Shown here: one piece after another, positions 10,400 to 21,040 of the stretch
How positions within the stretch are numbered: the first letter of the stretch is position 1
Layout: every line of letters starts with the position of its first letter
Assembly: GCF_963921235.1 (NCBI RefSeq)
Contig: NC_086097.1
Location: forward strand, 4,960,001-5,024,000
Length of the DNA stretch: 64,000 nucleotides
Reading direction: 5' to 3'
Source: Mobula hypostoma
Taxonomy: Eukaryota
Made by a program: the position numbers and the translations under genes
Notes under the pieces: model-generated
Told to the model about the DNA's origin: nothing
The model's input: only the letters and a program-made list of their open reading frames with translations
The model's database searches: none

Positions 10400-13338
10400 A
10401 GAATTAGAATCAGGTTTATTATCACTGGCCGGCATGTGTTGTGAAATTTGTTAACTTAGCAGCAGCAGTTCAATGCAATACATAATGTAGAAGAGGAAGA
10501 AATAATAAATCAATCAATCAATCAATCAATTACAGTATATGTATATTGGAGATTAAAAATCATGCAAAAACAAATAATATATATTCAAAAAGTGAGTTAG
10601 TGTTCACAGGTTCAATGTCCGTTTAGGAATCGGATGGCGGAGGGAAAGAAGCTGTTCCTGAATTGCTGAGTGAGTGACTTCAGGCTTCTGCACTTCCTAC
10701 CTGATGGTAACAGTGACAAAAGGGCATGTCCTGGGTGCTAGAGGTCTTTAATAATGGGCCTTTCTGAGACACCACTCTTTGAAGATGTCCTGGGCACTTT
10801 ATGGGCTAGTACCAAAGGAACCAATGAAATTTATGACCCTCTGCAGTTTCTTTCGGTCCTGTGCAGTAGACCCCTCTCCATACCAGACAGTGATGCACCC
10901 TGTCAGAATGCTCTCCACGGTACATTTATAGAAGTTATTGAGTGTTTTTGTTGACATACCAACTCCCTTCCAATGAAGTTTAGCCACTGTCTTGCCTTCT
11001 TTATAGCTGCATCAATATGTTGGGACCAGGTTAGATCCTCAGAGATCTTGACACCCAGGAGCCTGAAGCTGCTCACTCTCTCCACTTCTGATCCCTCAGT
11101 GATGTTAACCATTGTCTTACTCTTCCTGAAGTCCACAATCAGCTCTTTCGTCCTACTGATGTTAAGGGTAAACATAGAAAATAGGTGCAGGAGTAGGCCA
11201 TTTGGCCCTTCGAGCCTGCACCGCCATTCAGTATGATCATGGCTGATCATCCAACTCAGAACCCTGTACCTGCCTTCCCTCCATACCCCCTGACCCCTGT
11301 AGCCACAAGGGCCATATCTAACTCCCTCTTAAATATAGCCAATGAACTGGCCTCAACTGTTTCCTGTGGCAGAGAATTCCACAGATTCACCACTCTCTGT
11401 GTGAAGAAGTTTTTCCTAATCTCGGTCCCAAAAGGCTTCCCCTCTATCCTCAAACTGTGACCCCTCGTTCTGGACTTCCCCAACATCGGGAACAATCTTC
11501 CTGCATCTAGCCTGTCCAATCCCTTTAGGATCTTATACGTTTCAATCAGATCCCCCCTCAATCTTCTAAATTCCAACGAGTATAAGCCTAGTTGATCCAG
11601 TCTTTCATCATATGAAAGTCCTGCCATCCCAGGAATCGATCTGGTGAATCTTCTTTGTACTCGCTCTATGGCAAGGATGTCTTTCCTCAGATTAGGGGAC
11701 CAAAACTGCACACAATACTCCAGGTGTGGTCTCACCAAGGCCTTGTACAACTGCAGTACCTCCCTGCTCCTGTTCTCGAATCCTCTTGCTATAAATGCCA
11801 GCATACCATTCGCCTTTTTCACCGCCTGCTGTACCTGCATGCCCACTTTCAATGACTGGTGTTTAATGACACCCAGGTCTCGTTGCACCTCCCCTTTTCC
11901 TAATCGGCCACCATACAGATAATAATCTGTTTTCCTGTTTTTGCCACCAAAGTGGATAACTTCACATTTATCCACATTAAATTGCATCTGCCATGAATTT
12001 TCCCACTCACCTAACCTATCCAAGTCACCCTGCATCCTCTTAGCATCCTCCTCACAGCTAACACTGCCACCCAGCTTCGTGTCATCCGCAAACTTGGAGA
12101 TGCTGCATTTAGTTCCTTCATCCAAGTCATTAATATATATTGTAAACAACTGGGGTCCCAGCACTGAGCCTTGCGGTACCCCACTAGTCACCGCCTGCCA
12201 TTCTGAAAAGGTCCCATTTATTCCCACTCTTTGTTTCCTGTCTGCCAACCAATTCTCTATCCACACCAATACCTTACCCCCAATACTGTGTGCTTTAAGT
12301 TTGCACACTAATCTCCTGTGTGGGACCTTGTCAAAAGCCTTTTGAAAATCCAAATATACCACATCAACTGGTTCTTCCCTATCCACTCTACTAGTTACAT
12401 CCTCAAAAAATTCTGTGAGATTCGTCAGACATGATTATCCTTTCGCAAATCCATTCTGACTTTGTCCGATGATTTCACCGCTTTCCAAATATGCTGTTAT
12501 CACATCTTTGATAATTGACTCTAGCAGTTTCCCCACCACCGATGTTAGGCTAACCGGTCTATAATTCCCTGGTTTCTCTCTCCCTCCTTTTTTAAAAAGT
12601 GGGGTTACATTAGCCACCTTCCAATCCTCAGGAACTAGTCCAGAATCTAAAGAGTTTTGAAAAATTATCACTAATGCATCCACTATTTCTTGGGCTACTT
12701 CCTTAAGCACTCTGGGATGCAGACCATCTGGCCCTGGGGATTTATCTGCCTTTAATCCCTTCAATTTACCTAACACCACTTCCCTACTAACATGTATTTC
12801 GCTCAGTTCCTCCATCTCACTGGACCCTCTGTCCCCTACTATTTCCGGAAGATTATTTATGTCCTCCTTAGTGAAGACAGAACCAAAGTAATTATTCAAT
12901 TGGTCTGCCATGTCCTTGCTCCCCATAATCAATTCACCTGTTTCTGTCTGTAGGAGACCTACATTTGTCTTAACCAATCTTTTCTGTAAAAGCTTTTACA
13001 GTCAGTTTTTATGTTCCCTGCCAGTTTTCTCTCATAATCTTTTTTCCCCTTCCTAATTAAGCCCTTTGTCCTCCTCTGCTGAACTCTGAATTTCTCCCAG
13101 TCCTCAGGTGAGCCACTTTTTCTGGCTAATTTGTATGCTTCTTCTTTGGAATTGATACTATCCCTAATTTCCCTTGTCAGCCACGGGTGCACTATCTTCC
13201 TTGATTTATTCTTTTGCCAAACTGGGATGAACAATTGTTGTAAAAAACAGGAATTCTGCAGATGCTGGAAATTCAAGCAACACACATAAAAGTTGCTGGT
13301 GAACACAGCAGGCCAGGCAGCATCTGTAGGAAGAGGTG

Positions 13339-13376
13339 CAGTCGACGTTTCAGGCCGAGACCCTTCGTCAGGACTA
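13339..13376 (-). ncRNA. Minimal type I hammerhead ribozyme (PLE-associated)
   Basis: UAGUC-CUGACGA-AGGGUCUCGGCCU-GAAAC-GUC-GACUG. Confidence 0.75.
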
Positions 13377-13741
13377 ACTGAAGGAAGAGTGAGTAAGGGA
13401 TTTGAAAGTTGGAGCGGGAGGGGGAGATCTAAAATGATAGGAGAAGACAGGAGGGGGAGGGATGGAGCCAAGAGCTGGGCAGGTGATAGGCAAAAGGGAT
13501 ACGAGAGGATCATACAAGAGGGGTGAGGGGCTGTCCCTCTGAATATACCCCTTGCCCATCCTCTGGGTCCCCCCCCTTGTCTTTCTTCCTGGACCTCCTG
13601 TCCCATGATCCTCTCGTATCCCTTTTGCCAATCACCTGTCCAGCTCTTGGCTCCATCCCTCCCCCTCCTGTCTTCTCCTATCATTTTGGATCTCCCCCTC
13701 CCCCTCCAACTTTCAAATCTCTTACTCACTCTTCCCTCAGT

Positions 13742-13779
13742 TAGTCCTGACGAAGGGTCTCGGCCTGAAACGTCGACTG
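13742..13779 (+). ncRNA. Minimal type I hammerhead ribozyme (PLE-associated)
   Basis: CUGANGA and GAAA cores, stem I UAGUC/GACUG, short stem II, palindromic ACGU stem III, GUC cleavage triplet. Confidence 0.75.
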
Positions 13780-15037
13780 CACCTCTTCCTAGAGATGCTG
13801 CCTGGCCTGCTGTGTTCACCAGCAACTTTTATGTGTGTTGCTTGAACAATTGTTGTAGTTCATCCATGCGATCTTTAAATGCTTGCCATTGCATATCCAC
13901 CGTCAGCCCTTTAAGTGTCATTTGCCAGTCTATCTTAGCCAATTCACGTCTCATACCTTCAAAGTTACCCTTCTTTAAGTTCAGAACCTTTGTTTCTGAA
14001 TTAACTATGTCACTCTCCATCTTAATGAAGAATTCCACCATATTATGGTCACTCTTACCCAAGGGGCCTCTCATGACAAGATTGCTAATTAACCCTTCCT
14101 CATTGCTCAATACACAGTCTAGAATAGACTAAAGTCATTGTTGTGACACCACTCCACCAGTTGGCATATCTCGCTCTTGTATGCCCTTTCGTCACCATCT
14201 GAGATTCTGGTGACAAAGGTTGTGTCATCAGCAAATTTATAAATGGTATTTGAGCTATTCCTAGCCACACAGTCATGGGTATAGAGAGAGTAGAGCAGTG
14301 GGCCAGTGCACCAGTGTCGATCATCAACGAGGAGGAGATATCATCACCAATTCTCACAGATTGTGGTCTTCCGGTTAAGAAGTTGAGGATCCAATTGCAG
14401 AGAGAGGTATAGAGGCCCAGGTTCTGTACCTTGTCAATCAGGATTGTGGGAATGATGGTGTTAAATGCTGAGCTATAGTTAATGAACAGAATCCTGACAT
14501 AGGTGTTTGTGTTGTCCAGATGGTTTAAGGCCGTGTGAAGAACCATTGAGATTGCATCTGCCGTTGACCTCTTGTGGTGATCGACAAATAACAGTGGGTC
14601 CAGGTCCTTGCTGAGGCAGGAGTTCAATTTAGTCATAACCAACTTCTCAAAGCATTTCATCACTGTCGATGTGAGTGCTACCAGGTGATAGTCATTAAGG
14701 CAGCTCACATTATTCTTCTTACGCACTAGTATAACTGTTGCCTTTTGTAAACAAATGGGAAATTCCGCCTGTAGCAGTGAGAAGTTGAAAATGTCCTTGA
14801 ATACTCCTGCCAGTTGATTGACACAGGTTTTCAGAGCCTCACCAGGTACTCCGTTGGAGCCTTCCGCCTTGCGAGGGTTCACCCTCTTTAAAAACAGCCT
14901 AACATCGGCCTCTGAGACAGAGATCACAGCGTCACCGGGTGCAGCTGTAATTATATTCTCCCTTTCAAATCGTTGAGTTCATCTGGTAGTGAAGCATTGC
15001 TGTCATTCATGCTACTGGTTTTTGCTTTGTGGGAAGT

Positions 15038-15235
15038 AATCACAGAGACTGCCCAGCAGGCCTCCAGATTGCTATGGATCAAGAGGTGAGATTCATGGAC
15101 CAACGCTACTGGGACACAGGCCAGGGCCTGATCAACTCTGGCTGGGTCACCTGGATGAGGGTGTCCGATGTTGAAAGACCAGAAACACCCAAAGACCCCA
15201 GGTTACATCACTGATGATATATCCAGTGCATCTTA
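15038..15235 (+). mobile_element. HERO element C-terminus and 3' UTR (part 2)
   Basis: ITETAQQASRLLWIKR continues ...KKTAIR from ~10390. Confidence 0.75.
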
Positions 15236-15249
15236 GGATACATCTCAGC

Positions 15250-15560
15250 ATCAAAGTAAATGTATTATCAGAGTACATATATAACATGTCACCATATAAA
15301 ACCCTGAGGCTCATTTTCCTGTGAGCATTCACATTAACTACAAAAAAGCATAAGAGAATCAGTGAAGAACCACACACAACCAATGCACAAAAGAGAACAA
15401 ACTGTGCAAATAGAAAAAGAAACAAAGACAAAATATTAATAATAAATAAATAAGCAATAAATATGAAGAACATGAGCTGTAGAGCCCTCAATAGTGAGTC
15501 CATTAGTTGTTGAATCAGTTCAGTGTTGGACTCATGACAGAGGAGATACAAGAGTCTATG
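15250..15560 (-). mobile_element. Rex1-type 3' UTR fragment
   Basis: Similar to the UTR at 1040-1223 plus 7499-7557. Confidence 0.6.
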
Positions 15561-15564
15561 GATA

Positions 15565-16392
15565 TAGATTAGATTAGATTAGATTCAACTTTATTGTCAT
15601 TGTGCCCGGTACAGATACAAAGCCAATGAAATACAGTTAGCATCTAACCAGAAATGCAAAGAATAGTGTGATTTACAAAATAACTGCAAATAAAAAGTAA
15701 GTGCTACAACACACAAATATAAAAGTACAGAGACAGTCCAATATGGGCGCAATACTGCTTAGCGCTGTGATGTGAGGTTCAGCAGGGTCACAGCCTCAGG
15801 AAAGAAGCTCTTCCTGTGCCAGCTGATGTGGGAGTGGAGGATCCTGTAGTGCCTACAGGATGGGAAGAGAGTAAAAAGTCCATGGTTGGGGTGAGATGCA
15901 TCCCTGATAATGCTTTTCGCCCTGCCCAGGCAGTGTTTATGGTAGATGTTCTCAATAGTGGGCAATTGGGTGCCAATAATCCGCTGGGCAGTTTTTACCA
16001 CACACTGGAGTGCTTTACGGTCCGATACGGGACAATTGCCATACCACACTGAGATGCAGTTGGTAAGTATGCTCTCAATGGTATAGCAGTAAAAGTCCGT
16101 CAGTATCCTGGGACATAGGTGAGCTTTCTTGACACTCCACAGGATATAAAGTAGCTGTTGCGCCTTTTTGATCAGGATGGAGGAGCTCAGGGACCAGGTG
16201 AGATCCTCGGAAATGTGGACACCAAGGAATTTGAAGCTTGATACACACTCCACTACAGCTCGGTTGATGTAGATGGGAACGTGAGTGTAGCTCCTAGCAT
16301 GCCTGAAGTCCACAAAGATCTCCTTGGTCTTCTGGGTGTTAAGGGCCAGGTTGCTCTCGGCACACCACGCAGCCCGGTCCCTGTAGGCCATC
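15565..16392 (-). mobile_element. Rex1/Babar LINE 3' portion with (TCTAA)n tail
   Basis: ORF 16514-15759 (NLALNTQKTKE..VDFR..FKFLGVHISEDLTW..ESILTNCISVWYG). Same subfamily as 40970-41780. Confidence 0.9.
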
Positions 16393-16551
16393 TGAGGCAA
16401 CACACAACCTGCTAGGGGAACCCTGCATCTTTGGATCCTTGGGAAGAAAAAAACTGTCAATGTTTTGCATTGAGATTCTGCATCAGGACAGCACCAAAGC
16501 AAAATAATTTCCATCCTCTCAATCTAATTCTGTTTTTAAGTCCTAATTAAA

Positions 16552-16945
16552 TCCATGGGATGGCAGGGTGGAAATATCTCTCTACCAAAGGAAGTGTAAG
16601 GTGTTCCTTCCCTCTGCTAGCCTGCAGTTCACGCTTGGGCAAGGTGTAACACCTGCTTAGCCCCTCCCCCATCCCATCAGGGTCACATGAAGCCATGGGA
16701 CCAGGAGGTACATGGTCGCATGAGCAGCTGGTGCATATCACAAATGCTGGTTATGCATCCACTGACGTCAGGCAGACAGTCATTGATCAGTATTGATCAT
16801 GGCTGGGGTCACCCATCTTGTAAAGACACTGCCCAGAGAAGGCAATGGCAAACCACTTTGCTAGAAAAATTTGCCAAGAACAATCCTGGTCAGGACCATG
16901 ATCACTACCGTCATATGACACACCACATAATGATAATGATGATGA
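16552..16945 (+). mobile_element. RTE-related non-autonomous element/SINE
   Basis: Contains AGAAGGCAATGGCAAACCAC (RTE/BovB-type motif) and a (TGA)n tail; second copy at 39825-40140. Confidence 0.6.
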
Positions 16946-18319
16946 ATTAACTCCATTTCCTCCACTTCCCACTTCTCTACAAACCTGTTTAGGGGTGTTG
17001 TGGAGAGTGTGGAGGGCTGTCACAGGTTACAGCAGGATATCGATAGGATCGATATGATGCAAAACTGGGCTGTGATGTGGCAGATGGAGTTCAACCGAGA
17101 TAAGTGTGAGGTGGTTCATTTTGGTAGATCAAATATGATGGCAGAATATATCATTAATGGTAAGACTCTTGTCAGTGTGGAGGATCAGGGGGATCTTGGG
17201 GTCCAAGTCCAAAGGACACTCAAAGCTGCTGCACAGGTTGACTGTGTAGTTAAGAAGGCATACAGTGCATTAGCCTTCATCAACCATAGGATTGAGTTCT
17301 AGAGTCTAGAGGTAATGTTGCAGCTATATAGGACCCTGTTCAGACCCCACTTGGAGTATTGTGCTCAGTTCTGGTCACGTCACTACAGGAAGGATGTGGA
17401 AACTGTAGAAAGGGTGCAGAGGAGATTTACAAGGATGTTACCTGGATTGGGGAGCATGCCTTATGAGAATAGGTTGAGTGAACACGGCCTTTTCTCCTTG
17501 GAGCGATTGAGGATGAGAGGTGACATGATAGAGGTGTATAAGATGATGAGAGTCATTGATCGTGTGGATAGTCAGAGGCTTTTTCCCAGGGATGAAATAG
17601 CTAACATGAGAGGGCACAGTTTGAAGGTGCTTGGAAGTAGGTACAGAGGAGATGTCAGGGGTAAGTTTTTCTTAGCTTTTCAAATCTTTTTTTTATTATT
17701 ATCCAAAATTAACAAGAATACATCAAAGTAAGCAACACTTACAAGAAAAAAAAATTGTTTTAAAGATTGAAAACACTTTGGTGACAAAAAAAAGAGAGAA
17801 AAAAACCCTACTAAGCAAGGAAAAGTGAACAATAAGACATTAGGTGTTCAACCCCGGAGCCATGAGTCATGGCTTCTAAAGATAAAGATCAAACTGTCAG
17901 CAAGAAAAAAAATGTACCAAAAATTTACTATTGGATCGTGGAGGAAATCCATCAGTTAACTCAAATGATAATAGCCAGCAAATGAACCCCATCTTTTTTC
18001 AAAATCACACATAGGTTCAAAAGTTCTACTTCTAGTTTTCTCCAAACTAAGACATAGCATCACTTGAGAGAACCATTGTGACAAAATGGGAGCCGGTGTA
18101 TCTTTCCACTTCGCCAAAATCACTAAAAAATATAAGGATCTTTATAAAGCTAATATTGTTCCCTTGGTAGATTCTATGAAGTATTTGTTTTGTAGATGGA
18201 ACCCACTTACATTTTCACTTGTTGGTCGCATCCATGTAGTCAAAACGATGATTTAACCAAAATTTTTATACTTATTTCAGAATATCTCTGCTTTTCTGAC
18301 TAAGAAGTTTTTTAATTGC

Positions 18320-21040
18320 AAACAACAGGAATTCTGCAGATGCTGGAAATTCAAGCAACACACATCAAAGTTGCTGGTGAACGCAGCAGGCCAAGCAGCA
18401 TCTATAGGAAGAGGTGCAGTCGACGTTTCAGGCCGAGACCCTTCGTCAGGACTAACTGAAGGAAGAGTGAGTAAGGGATTTGAAAGCTGGAGGGGGAGGG
18501 GGAGATGCAAAATGATAGGAGAAGACAGGAGGGGGAGGGATAGAGCCGAGAGCTGGACAGGTGATAGGCAAAAGGGGATACGAGAGGATCATGGGACAGG
18601 AGGTCCGGGAAGAAAGACGGGGGGGGGGGTTGACCCAGAGGATGGGCAAGAGGTATATTCAGAGGGACAGAGGGAGAAAAAGGAGAGTGAGAGAAAGAAT
18701 GTGTGCATAAAAATGAGTAACAGATGGGGTACGAGGGGGAGGTGGGGCCTAGCGGAAGTTAGAGAAGTCAATGTTCATGCCATCAGGTTGGAGGCTACCC
18801 AGACGGAATATAAGGTGCTGTTCCTCCAACCTGAGTGTGGCTTCATCTTTACAGTAGAGGAGGCCGTGGATAGACATGTCAGAATGGGAATGGGATGTGG
18901 AATTAAAATGTGTGGCCACTGGGAGATCCTGCTTTCTCTGGCGGACAGAGCGTAGATGTTCAGCAAAGCGGTCTCCCAGTCTGCGTCGGGTCTCACCAAT
19001 ATATAAAAGGCCACATCGGGAGCACCGGACGCAGTATATCACCCCAGTCGACTCACAGGTGAAGTGATGCCTCACCTGGAAGGACTGTTTGGGGCCCTGA
19101 ATGGTGGTAAGGGAGGAAGTGTAAGGGCATTTGTAGCACTTGTTCCGCTTACACGGATAAGTGCCAGGAGGGAGATCAGTGGGGAGGGATGGGGGGGACG
19201 AATGGATAAGGGAGTTGTGTAGGGAGCGATCCCTGCGGAATGCAGAGAGAGGGGGGGAGGGAAAGATGTGCTTAGTGGTGGGATCCCATTGGAGGTGGCG
19301 GAAGTTACGGAGAATAATATGTTGGACCCGGAGGCTGGTGGGGTGGTAGGTGAGGACCAGGGGAACCCTATTCCTAGTGGGGTGGTGGGAGGATGGAGTG
19401 AGAGCAGATGTACGTGAAATGGAGGAGATGCGTTTAAGAGCAGAGTTGATAGTGGAGGAAGGGAAGCCCCTTTCTTTAAAAAATGAAGACATCTCCCTCG
19501 TCCTAGAATGAAAAGCCTCATCCTGAGAGCAGATGCGGCGGAGACGGAGGAATTGCGAGAAGGGAATGGCGTTTTTGCAAGAGACAGAGTGAGAAGAGGA
19601 ATAGTCCAGATAGCTGTGAGAGTCAGTAGGCTTATAGTAGACATCAGTGGATAAGCTGTCTCCAGAGACAGAGACAGAAAGATCTAGAAAGGGGAGGGAG
19701 GTGTCGGAAATGGACCAGGTAAACTTGAGGGCAGGGTGAAAGTTGGAGGCAAAGTTAATAAAGTCAACGAGTTCTGCATGCGTGCAGGAAGCAGCGCCAA
19801 TGCAGTCGTCGATGTAGCGAAGGAAAAGTGGGGGACAGATACCAGAATAGGCACGGAACATAGATTGTTCCACAAACCCAACAAAAAGGCAGGCATAGCT
19901 AGGACCCATAGCTACACCTTTAGTTCGGAGGAAATGGGAGGAGCAAAAGGAGAAATTATTAAGAGTAAGGACTAATTCCGCTAGACGGAGCAGAGTGGTG
20001 GTGAGGGGAACTGATTAGGTCTGGAATCCAAAAAGAAGCGTAGAGCTTTGAGACCTTCCTGATGGGGGATGGAAGTATATAAGGACTGGACATCCATGGT
20101 GAAAATAAAGCGGTGGGGGCCAGGGAACTTAAAATCATCGAAAAGTTTAAGAGCGTGAGAAGTGTCACGAACATAGGTCGGAAGGGATTGAACAAGGGGT
20201 GATAAAACAATGTCGAGGTATGCAGAAACGAGTTTGGTGGGGCAGGAGCAAGCTGAGACAATAGGTCGGCCAGGACAGGCAGGTTTGTGGATCTTGGGTA
20301 GGAGGTAGAAACGGGAAGTGCGGGGTGTGGGAACTATAAGGTTGGTAGCAGTGGATGGGAGATCCCCTGAGCGGATAAAGTCGTTGATAGTGTGGGAGAC
20401 AATGGTCTGGTGCTCCTTAGTGGGGTCACGATCGAGGGGTAAATAAGAGGAGGTATCCGCGAGTTGCCGCTGTGCCTCGGCAAGGTAGAGGTCAGTACGC
20501 CAGACTACAACAGCACCCCCTTATCAGCGGGTTTAATAATAAGGTTAGGATTAGTGCGGAGGGAGTGGAGAGCAGAGCGTTCCGAAGGAGTGAGTTTGGA
20601 ATGGGGACAAGGTGCGGTGAAGTCGAGACGGTTGATGTGCCGTCGGCAGTTGGCAATAAAGAGATCCAGAGCAGGCAGAAAACCAGAGCGGGGTGTCCAT
20701 GAAGAAGAGGAGGGTTGAAGACAGGAGAAGGGGTCATCGGTGGGGGTGGAAGAGTCCTTGCCGAAGAAGTAGGCTCGGAGACGGAGACGGCGAACACGGA
20801 ACTCGCTGAGGTGTGGGCGAAGGGGGACAAACGTGAGGCCCTTACTGAGGACAGAGCGTTCTGCCTCCGACAGTTGAAGGTCGGAGGGGATGGTAAAGAC
20901 CCGGCACGGATGAGAGCTGGGATCAGAGGGGGGAGGGGGGAGGCTGGGGGTGTCAATGGAGAGGGGAGGGTTGGGGTGAGAGGAAGATGGAGCCTCTGAG
21001 GGCCCAGGAGCTGACGGTGGGATCTGAGGAAGACGGGGCT
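18320..21040 (-). mobile_element. Near-full-length Penelope-like element (RT + GIY-YIG, Neptune-like Cys linker), frameshifted
   Basis: Manual frame LSKGL.F.P..IKPADKGG.VV..FYLLPKIHK..GRPIVS..MDVQSLYTSIP; ORF 19909-18749 MGPSYA..RYIDD..FLD..CKRNKCYKC..VIYCVRC..C.LLYIGET..RF.EH. Confidence 0.93.
18417..18454 (-). ncRNA. Minimal hammerhead ribozyme (PLE 3' end)
   Basis: Identical to the motif at 13742-13779. Confidence 0.75.

Larger units (their letters stand above)
13243..13842. mobile_element. Fold-back PLE insertion (two inverted 3' ends) with 15-bp TSD
   Basis: 13243-13513 is the minus PLE terminus and 13531-13842 the plus terminus. TSD tgaacaattgttgta at 13228-13242 and 13843-13857; the empty site is visible in the sister CR1 at ~33543. 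Confidence 0.92.
11170..14128 (-). mobile_element. Young 5'-truncated CR1 LINE with near-intact RT
   Basis: ORFs 14110-13829, 12977-12435 and 12386-11256 (SGVPQGSVLGP, FADD, RPHLEYC); TTTCTATGTTT tail at 11170. Nearly identical to 31491-33627. Confidence 0.95.
10400..15037 (-). mobile_element. Rex1/Babar LINE (segments 10400-11169 and 14129-15037) interrupted by CR1
   Basis: ORF 14927-14100 RT (VALTS.VMKCFE.L; YSSAFNTI); ORF 11250-10903 (NISRTKELIVDFRK); (ATTCTG)-like tail at ~10400. Confidence 0.88.

Noticed and set aside
12959..14132. Long ORFs containing SVSPDEGSRPETST / GRDPSSGLTE (also near 18277, 18371, 39473 and 41712)
   Set aside because: Chance translations of the PLE 3' UTR and hammerhead; they recur only because the repeat recurs.
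18749..19909. 386-aa RT/GIY-YIG ORF as a host gene or new nuclease system
   Set aside because: Standard PLE protein, multicopy in this window, with a frameshift and deletion just upstream.
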